From Candidatus Onthoplasma sp. (lineage in GTDB: Bacteria > Bacillota > Clostridia > Christensenellales > UBA1242): DNA of 64,000 nucleotides. The translations under genes and the position numbers were made by a program. Positions within the stretch are counted from its first letter, which is position 1, and each line of letters opens with the position of its first letter. A model generated the notes under the pieces. It was not told the DNA's origin. It ran no database searches and worked only from the letters and a program-made list of their open reading frames with translations. The stretch is from positions 57,633 through 121,632 of the forward strand of contig JAZQYV010000019.1 in NCBI GenBank assembly GCA_045633705.1. Reading direction: 5' to 3'. Positions 9,961 through 20,100 of this stretch are shown here, piece after piece.

Positions 9961-10833
9961 CTATACCTCCAATAGTTGGTTTATGTAATAGATTGCCAAC
10001 TTTTCGCTAGAAGTTTCAGTTTCTGGATTGATTGAAGATGGGGTAGTTGTTTTAAATGTGTTAATCAAAATTTCTGTGTTGCTTAAGTTGTAATATTTTT
10101 TAAAGTTTAAAGCGTCAACACTAAATTCACCACCATCAATACTTGAGTTTATAATTACGTTGCCACTTGTGTTAAGATTAATTTTGTTATTTAAGTATTC
10201 AATCAAATTGATGTTTTCAAATTGGTGATTAGAAATATTGTCCATTAAGTCTGATACACCGGCCGAGTATAATGAATATAGTTCGCGCTTTATAGTTTCA
10301 GGCTTGTATACTTTACTGAATATGTATGTGTAGTTTGCTTTGAAACAATCGTTATACTTGTAAACATAATCAACTGTTTGGTCGAATATCTGGTTATATA
10401 AAGTTTTTGTTGCGTTTCCCTCAATATTGATATTTCCTTTCATGCGTACGATATATTCATTGTAGTTGGAAATTAAATGATTGCGTTCACGTGTCAAAGA
10501 TTGATACTTATTGCTTAATTTATTTGTCGTTGAATTTTTTGTAGATGATAAAGTTAGATAAGTATTTAAATCCTTTTCAAAGCTATCAAGCTCCATAATT
10601 ACATTTTGCAAAGTAGTTAATCGTGTTTCGCCGGAGGCGACTTTTGTTTGGTACAAAGTTTCGGCCTCGGTCATGCAATCGGTGAGTTTTACACAATCTT
10701 TGCTGTAAGCAAAATCAAGATGGGCTTGGTGCAAGGGCACCTTTTTAGTATTTTTTACAATGAGAAAAGCTGTTGCGCCAACAAGCGACAGCGCTAATGT
10801 AATAACCAAAATTGTAATAATGCGTTTTGTCAT
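9961..10833 (-). CDS. hypothetical membrane-anchored protein
   Basis: 290 aa with an N-terminal TM anchor (IITILVITLALSLVGATAFLIV). A 1-nt gap separates it from the next gene. AAGGAG SD. Confidence 0.7.
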   Translation of the reverse strand: MTKRIITILVITLALSLVGATAFLIVKNTKKVPLHQAHLDFAYSKDCVKLTDCMTEAETLYQTKVASGETRLTTLQNVIMELDSFEKDLNTYLTLSSTKNSTTNKLSNKYQSLTRERNHLISNYNEYIVRMKGNINIEGNATKTLYNQIFDQTVDYVYKYNDCFKANYTYIFSKVYKPETIKRELYSLYSAGVSDLMDNISNHQFENINLIEYLNNKINLNTSGNVIINSSIDGGEFSVDALNFKKYYNLSNTEILINTFKTTTPSSINPETETSSEKLAIYYINQLLEV

Positions 10834-10853
10834 AATAAATCTCCTTAATAGTT

Positions 10854-10882
10854 ATTATAACTAATAATCTATTATAAGTCAA
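10854..10882 (-). promoter_or_regulatory. sigma-A type promoter for the 10833-7218 operon
   Basis: The minus strand reads TTGACT-17 nt-TATAAT (-35 at 10882-10877, -10 at 10859-10854). Confidence 0.6.
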
Positions 10883-11074
10883 GCGTATGCGGATTAACTA
10901 ATAAATGGCCAATAAAAACAATAAATAATAAAAATAAAAAAATAATAAAAACATCAATAAAATACAGTAAAATACACATATTTTAAGCATTTTAAGTATT
11001 TTTATATTTTTCAAATTAATTTTAAAATATTTTTACAATATTTTTTAGAATTAATTTTTGGGCGGGTTATTTGT

Positions 11075-11103
11075 TTGACTAAGCCGGCTTTAAATATTAT
11101 AAT
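11075..11103 (+). promoter_or_regulatory. sigma-A type promoter for the giant surface protein gene
   Basis: TTGACT (11075-11080), 17-nt spacer, TATAAT (11098-11103). Confidence 0.6.
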
Positions 11104-11153
11104 ATAATTATATAAAAAAATAATTTACACATAATAAAGTGTCAGGGGTACTT

Positions 11154-14100
11154 ATGAAAAAAGTTTTATTATTTACTACGGTTTGTTTAATGCTTTTGTC
11201 GAGTGTTGTTTTTTGTGCGTGTGACAAAAAATACGACAAGCTCAAAATTGAAAGCAATATAAGTGAGATTAATTTGGTTTTAGATGGCAATGATAACGCT
11301 AGGCGTCAAAATATAATTTTTGAATTGTCTGGCGCCAAGTCATGGGGAAAAGTAAATATCGAAACAAAACCAAGCGGGTTGGTTAGAGTTATAAGATCAG
11401 AAGTTGAAGACAAATTATACGGAGTAGAAATAGAGGGCTTGCAACCAACTGGCAAGGGGGCAACATTGGTGTTTACGCATTTGGCTTCAGGTAAAGAATG
11501 TGTAATTCCGCTTAACATTGGTAGAAGGTTGCAAACCGTTGCTAGCGCAGGCAATGATTTTATTATCCAAAGGCCAGTGATTAAATCGGGCGAGAAGGTT
11601 GAAGTTGAAATTCCAACCAGGCAGTTGCTAGATTGTTATCCTTCAAATTATATGGATAATATTGTTTGGCAAAAGTCATCTGGGGAGCCGGTGCCTGGTG
11701 TAAATGTAACATCGTACAACAAAGAAAATCAAATTGTTGCTCCGTTTGTTAGTGGGAAAAGTACGGCTCAAAAGACTTTGATTGTTCTCGATGAGAACGT
11801 GAAAGTAAATACAACATTTAAAATTGAGCCAATATCTGTTTTGGAAGATGGGAATGCCACATGTTATACTGACACATCGATTAATGTAAAAATAATCAAC
11901 GTGCCAACATTTGAAAATGTTTTGATTGTCAGCCCAACACATTCTGAGAGGGTGGATTCGGGCGACCCAACAGCAAGCAAGTTATTAAAAGAATTGGTAT
12001 TAATAAGCAATCCTGACAAAATGGTTAGAACAGATTCAGCAGATGGATATAATTATTACAACACTGGTCTTGTTGAATTAAGTATGCTAGATATGCCTTT
12101 AGGGGTCAGTTTTGCTGAAATGTACTCGCAGTTGTTTAATGTTGAGATGTCGTGTGATATTAATGACCTACTTTTAGAAACATTGGAATTTGGCAAGTAT
12201 AGAGTAGTCGCTTCAATTACTAGTCATGGTGAAGGTGAAATTAAGATAAAGTTTACCCCAAAGAATTGTGTTGGAGATGTTAAAGAGTTTGAATTGGCCA
12301 TACCAATTATTGTTGGTGAAAGGGCCACATCAATGACTGCCACCAACAATGGATTACCAGTGCCAATTTTGGCGGAGGCAAACGGAAAGGATTTTACAAG
12401 TAGAGATGTTCCATTAAATGACTCGAGCTCGTATGGTCAATCGTTTCAATTTGATGTTTTGAGCACAAATACGTTAAGTGGATTAAGAAACTACACAATA
12501 ACAATCAAAAAGCAATTGTTATACATTAATCCAGATTATATAAAAAACGATGGCGTTACAAAAACCAGCAGATTTATATTGTCTAGAGATGGAAGCGAAT
12601 ATAATATTAACGACATTGTTAACTCATATGAATATCAAATTGCGTTAGTGAAAGATGGAAGAGAAATAACATTTTATGATGATAATGATGGCAACAATAC
12701 CTTTACTTCAGAGCCGATAACTCCTCAAAATACGGTATATATCAAGTGGGTTAGAGTTGCAACTGGCTATGTTGATTCAAATCAGCCTTTCCAGATAACT
12801 ATAAAAAGTAAATACAACCAAATGTATGATATTGAATCTCCATATTTCGATAATCTTGCATTAACTTATACTGTGGCTTTTAATCGTCAACGAACGGTTG
12901 CGAGTGTTGAATATGGGCCTGTAAAGGTTGAAAAAGAAGGTGTAATGACGGATGTTCAAGCAGGTAGTGGATATTCTGATGATTGGCAATTTTATTTTCT
13001 TCCTGACATGATAACAAATAATAACGAAGGTGAAAGGTACACGTTTTATGGTATCCAAATTACTAAACTAAAGGGCTTAAATAATGCACAACTGATTGGT
13101 GATGAGGCAAAAGTGGACCTGAACATAAGTATTATTGGTCCAAACACAGGTTTGGGTATATGTGAGTATGTGTATGATAAGGATATTGGCTTGTTTGAAT
13201 TTAAAAATAGCTGCACTCTAAAATATGAGGATAGCAAAATCTCATATGATAACATTATAGTTTTTGGGGTTAAGGCTGGCAAAACTATAAATTATGGTGA
13301 TTGGCAACTGGAAATTAGTCAGGTTAATCGCCCAATTGCTGACAAAGATATTAAGGTTTATAAGACCTTGGAAGAAAACGACATTAATGTTTCAATTTCC
13401 GATGCCGACTATAGCGGGGATTTGTTAAGATATGAAAAACTTGACGCAAAACCTTATGACTTCGAGTACAACTATTCAAATTATTATGAAAATTTGGCTG
13501 GAAGATATGTTAAAGTTTCAAATAACGTTTGGAATCCAATGAAAACATACTATACCACAAAGGTCTTAAATGATGTATATAAATATGTTGAATTAAGTGC
13601 AAAACCAGATAAGTTCGAGGAGAACTACTCAAATTATTATTTGTATAACGGCTCAGCCGAAATATACGAACAAGTAACAAACAGCATATGGGATTCAACT
13701 CAAAAATATTACAGCAAACAGCAGGTTAAGGAGTTTATAGACACCCTTATTGATGTGGAAAATGCATATATACTTTCGGCATCTACAGCTACGCAGGCTA
13801 AATATAATGTAAATTTGAGCATTAGCAATAACGAGTATATTACAATACATTCAAAAAAGGCTGTAGCAAACTTTGTAGATAGCTATAGACTTTTAGAAGA
13901 TGGAACCAATTTTGATATGGATTGGACAAAGTATTATATGCTTAAAGATGGAGTGTACACTCAGTTAAGCGGCACATCATCTCCAGGTTTTGTCGCTGGC
14001 AAATATTATGAAAACCTTTCAACGTTATCGGAATCTTTATTAAGCGGGTTTGTAACAATTACAGAATCAAAGAATGAGATTACAACTACAAACTTTGGTA

Positions 14101-17100
14101 CATTTAACACTTCAACTGGTGAAAAGAACTATATAAAAATTACGTATGAAATTCAACCGGTAAAGTATGATTATTACAAAATAAGTGACCAATTAGGTGA
14201 AACTAAAACTAAATCAATTTATGTTTACGTATATGAGCCAATTACCAGTGTAACATTTGACCGAACATTATTAGAAAAGTATGATTATTATCATCAAGAT
14301 TCTAATGGCTCTACACTTTTAACATCATTGCGCGAGCAGTACGGAACAGAAACATTAAATATAAAAATAAATGGCGAAAGTAATTCTAGTGTATTAAATT
14401 ATGTGGATATTTTGTGGATAACCAATCTTACAGGTATTGACAATGTAGTAAAGCATGACAACAACACAAGCGCAACATATACATTTAAAGCAATTAAACC
14501 GGCACTTAGCGACCAGAAAGAAGGTATATCGGGAACAATTTACGCACTTGTTAATCAGTTTGGGGCTCAATATTCTATACAATGTGGATATAATGTAAAA
14601 ATTCCAAACTTGACCGAACGAATAATATTAAATACTCCATCTCAAACATTTAAAAGTGGTGGGGCTTACATAAATATGAAGCTTGGTGAAACCTTGCCAA
14701 TAGATGTTACTCAGCATTGCTCAAAGGGCAATGTTTCAATGCCTGGCGTACAATATGTAACCTGCAATATACGTGGAGACAAGTCCAATGATATTATAAG
14801 TTTTAGCGATGGCCAATTAACTGCAAACGCTGCAGGTAGGGCAAAGTTGGTTATAGTATCAACTGACGCATTAACAACTGAATTATCTGCAAGTTTAAAA
14901 TACCTAAATCTACCAACTTATGTGCGTGGGGCGGCTTTAGACTGTGCTATGATTATTGATATAATTGTATCGGACGGCAGTGCAGAAAATCCATATTTAA
15001 TAGCTAGCGCAGAAGATTTTAAAGATATTCAAGCTGATTTTGTTGCTGGAGTTAACAATAAACATTACGCATTAACTCAAAATATTGACTTGATGGGCGA
15101 AGGAATTACAATTAGCGGAGATTTTGCTGGAAGCTTTATAAGCTATCAAGAAGATGAATACTCTAACAACAGATTTATTGTATATGGAGCGATGCTAAAT
15201 CAAAGCAACCCAACGTTATTTGAAAAGCTAACAGCAAGTGCTAAACTCGAAAATATAACATTCTATATTGATATAGATTATAATGCAAGTGGAAGAATTG
15301 GAGACACATCAATCGGTTTGATTGGTACGAACTTTGGGAAGATTAAAAATGTAACAGCAATTGTTTCGGGTAAGATTTATGATACGGCAAGAGCCGCCGC
15401 TGATCCAAGTCCGGATTATTCAATTGGGTTGCTTGTTGCAAACAATAAAGGAATGGTTGAATTTGATGATATTACACTTGTAGGTGTACAAGGGCACGTA
15501 ATAGTTGATTTACCAAACAATTCGGTTATGATTGGGGGATTGATTGGTATAAATTCAGGAACACTAATTGGTATGCATACAGGAGCAAAACAAAATCAAA
15601 CCACGGGTAACATTGAATATGAAACATATTACGATAATCAAGGTGCTGTAACCGATATCACGTTAAGCGTTAAAGCAAAACAAGATAATGATAGTGCTGT
15701 TGGTGGAGTAATTGGCTACAATAAAGGCAAATTAAACAATGTTTATTCGATGGGTGCAATAGAATCATCAATAAACAATGTTGGAGGGCTGATTGGTGTC
15801 AACAGTAAGGTTGATGGCGCAGAAATTAAATCAAAATTTACCATTTTGTCAGACGCAAACTTGTTAGGTGTAGGTAAGGTTGAATTTACTACCGATGCAA
15901 GCGATTTCCAAATAAACAATTGTTATTCTGCAGCCACAATTGTAGGTTGCAATAATGTTGGTGGCGTGGTAGGCTCTGATGAGGGCGGAAGTTACTATAA
16001 AGTTTATTATGAAATATATTCAAACAACAAAGTAAGTATCACAGGCAATGACCAGGTTGGCGGATTAATTGGTAGTGCAAAGAACAGTAATTTATATTAT
16101 TGTTATGTACAAAACTTTGCGTGGGATTATTCTAATAATGTGGATACATTTGACATAAAGGCAAACAATACTGTTGGAGGGCTAATAGGCTACGCAAAAT
16201 CGGATTCAGCAAACTACCCAAACAACAATACAGAGAATAGCCCTGTTAGGTTAAATGTGGTAAGCTGTTCGGCCAGCGTTAATATGGAAATTGCCGAGTC
16301 TTCGGGAGTTGTTAGTGGATTGATAGCTGAGCTAGACGGTTATGGGGCAGTATATACTGCATATTATTATGGTGTAATCAAAGCTTCAAATGGCGCTTTT
16401 GAGTCAACTAAGTTTGAAAATGGTGCTGATATTGTTGGCACAACAAATCTTGCGTACAATAATGCGTATACCATAATTAACGGAGTGTATACTGAACATT
16501 ATTCCAAAGCGGACGACGCTAGTGATTATAAATTTAAGGGATTTGGCACAGAGCCGGCATATAACAATGGTAATCCATATATTGTTATTACACAAGATGG
16601 TTCTAATTTAGTTACAATAATGCCATCGTCCATTGAAATTGATACAGCATTTGAAATTGAAGATGCTAATGGTAAATGGATTTATGAGCAATATAAAGAT
16701 GGCATAACTGAATTTTATATTAAACTAAATAATGGTTGGGTGATATATGATAGTGCCAATCCAACCCATACTGCTAAAACAAGATATGCAAAGATTGATG
16801 ATAAATATTTTGAAGTAGAAAAACAATATGTATACCTAGTTGATGCGTGGGAAGAGTATGACATTACCAATACTTCCCATGATACTTTAACTCCATACAA
16901 CAAACTTTTGGGTTGGACAATATATGATGCTGCGAATTTTGGACACCAAAAAGTTGCAAGATACAATCGAAACAAAGTGTACGAGCAATATAAGTATGGC
17001 GAGTATGCCTTATATAGTGGCAGCATTGTTGATTATAATCCAACTATACATACAGATGCTCCACGATATACTGTAAGAGCAGAGCTTATGGATGCAGAAC

Positions 17101-20100
17101 ACTCTAATGATAAAAGTAATTATCGCAAACAAGCGGTTGTGATGTATTATTATGAATTTGCAGATACTAGCGGCAGATATGCTATTGAAGATATGTACGA
17201 GCTAAACACCATCAGTATTCGTAAAATTGTGGGTGATAGTGGTATTATTGTTGTTCCAGAAGAAGCTTCCAAGAAGTTTATGCTAAAAAGCAGTGACAAT
17301 GGTGTTGTAAGAATATTAAACGGCGAAAATTTATTGTTGCGTAGCGAAGGCCAAGCAATAATTACAATAACCTCATCAATAAATCCAAGTGTAAGTGCAA
17401 GTTTTGTGGTTGTTGTTCGCACAAAAGTGCTAGACTTTAATTTGTATACTAGTGCCGATTTGCATAATGATAACAAAATTACTGCAAACACTAATATCAA
17501 TATAGTAAAAGGCTCTAGTAAACTTGTTGAAACTGATTTTAGCTATAGTATAAACACATATCACGGCAGAACTTATAAATGCGTATCAGCAACCAACATA
17601 GAAATTGATTTTAGTATTAACTACGTAGGTCCTCAAACTATTGCAGATGCTGATATTGTTAACTACATAACATTAAACGGGGTTTTAAATTCTGACGGAA
17701 CAAGCTACACTATACCTAGTGGACAATCAATTATAATATCAGTAGACGAGCATGTTAATGGCAAGTTTGTAATTACTGCAACGCCATACGTTATATCTTT
17801 ATATACATATACTGATGCAGATGGTGAGCAGCATATTGTAAAAAATAGAGCGCAATTGCCAAGCAGTTTTGTAAAAAGCTTTAATGTGGTTACCAAGAAA
17901 GGTGCTTCGGCAATAAACGTTGACCGAACTCAAATTGATATGATGCCATCAGACCAGCCATCGAATTTGGGGCTAAAAATAAGTACGGATGTGAAGGTTG
18001 ACGAGTTGAAGTATCAAATTGTTGATATCACATCCGAAACTGGTACAGCTGGCGTTGATTATATCAATAGTCTAGATATAATATTTAATAACACATTATA
18101 TACCGGTACTGCAAATGGAATTATAAACAGTATTCCAGATGACACATTTGACGTTGATGATAAAATTCAAAGTTTGGATTTAATATTAAGACTTAACGAA
18201 AACTCTCATTATATTTATACTACTTATACATTGCAAGTAAGATTTTATATGGAAAATGGAACTGGTAAAATAGTAGAAGAAATTATACATATAAACGTGC
18301 TACCTCAAATAATCACTAGCATAGTTCCATTAAACTATCGTATGGAAGATAGAGAGTTGCAACCTGGTGAACCTAGCATAAGTTTTGACCGTGCTTACGA
18401 AAGCGGAGTAATCCGTCCGGGAACTACTAATATCATAACAATTGACATAGTTCCAAACATCGCAATATATGATTATGTTGAGGTTAGAGATATTACTACT
18501 CAAGACAAAATCCTATTTATGCAAGTTGATGAAAATTTGAAACCACTTGCTAATATGGATGCATGGATTAATAAGGGTATAAAATTAAAGAAACTTAAAA
18601 ATCAAACAACAAATAAAGATGACTCACGATTGTATTTAATTGCCAAATTACCAGAAAACTCTACACACAACATAACACATACAATTCAAATAACTATTTA
18701 TACAAAATTGGGTGAGCCCGTTATAGAGTATTTAAATCTTGAGGCTATAATGTATCCTACAGTTGTTATGAAGTATAGCGACCCAACAGGTAAACAGGTT
18801 GCTAAAGCTGATACAAGGTTAGGAACAAATCAAATAAAATCGGACACTGCCGACCTAGCACTGGGAGTGGAAGCACCTATATATATTGAAACATACAATA
18901 TTGATGATGATTCACTACAATATAATATTAAAATTACCAATGCAGCAGGAACAGAGGTTAATAAAGATTATGTTCGTTTAAATTATGCGTATGACAGATA
19001 TGTACTATATTTCAACTCATCAAGTATATTAAATAGAGATGAATTGATAGGTGGAAAGATAGAGGTGTCATTTACCGCAAGCAAACATTTAAACGGGATA
19101 CTTGAAACTTGTTGTGCCTCAATTGAATTTACAATTAGAGAATTCGTAATCCATAGTGTTAGTATGACTCCTAGCACAATACAAAATGGAGAAGAAAAAT
19201 TGTATGGAGATTGGAGTATTCGTGGTAACGGAAACGAAATTGAAGACACCGAATATTGGGCGTATAAAGAATTTTGTTTTGATAGAACCGATATTTCATT
19301 CTATAACAATGGATATTGGAATGTAAAATATACAATGGCAAACACACAAAATCTGCCAGAAATTAAGAGCATTTTAACAAAAATCAATCAACTTGAAAAT
19401 GGAACAATATTATATCTAAATGAGCTAACAACCAACATAACAACAAGTGTTAAATCAGACTCGGGTTATGTGGGCAACGGTTTTGAAATTAAGCATGAAA
19501 CCAATGCGCTTAAGATTAAAGCATACAATGATAGTGACATTAACAATATTAAACTTGGTGTAAAATTTGAGTATGGTTATGATGCGTCAAACAAGCCTGT
19601 TATACCAGTACCTGTGGATGTCGACACTCAAGAAATATCTGCAGAGTTTGGATTTGTGTTCACTGATAAGTCTACACCATTTGATGAATACTTATTTGTG
19701 TCAACAACCGAACAGTTTGTTAATATGATTGAAGGTAAATATTATCAACTTACAAATGATTTGGTATTTGAAGACGAATATACGCCTTTAAATACCTCAA
19801 TAAGCGCACTAAACGGCAACGGCTATACAATCACCATCAAAAAATTCAACACTGCACAATTAGTGCAAGATTATATTGGTGGCGGAATGTATATTGGCTT
19901 GTTTGGAAAAGTTGCAGAAGATACTATAATTCAAAATTTACAAGTGGACTATAATGGTGTTGATGGGGTTATAGTTTCATTGATTGATAACGAAATGATT
20001 CAGCAACAATATAGTAATGAAATATTCTTTGGTGGTATTACAGCTGTTAATGAGGGGGCAATAACCAATGTTAAGGTTACTGGCTCATTTACCCTTTTAA

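Noticed and set aside
11139-11153. Upstream alternative start codons proposed by the ORF track (GTG 11139; also 4207, 28008, 32480, 41469, 45297, 57342, 58531)
   Set aside because: In each case an in-frame ATG a short distance downstream has a properly spaced GGAGG-like SD and gives a sensible N-terminus, either a signal peptide or a conserved family start. The upstream codons are TTG or GTG without an SD.
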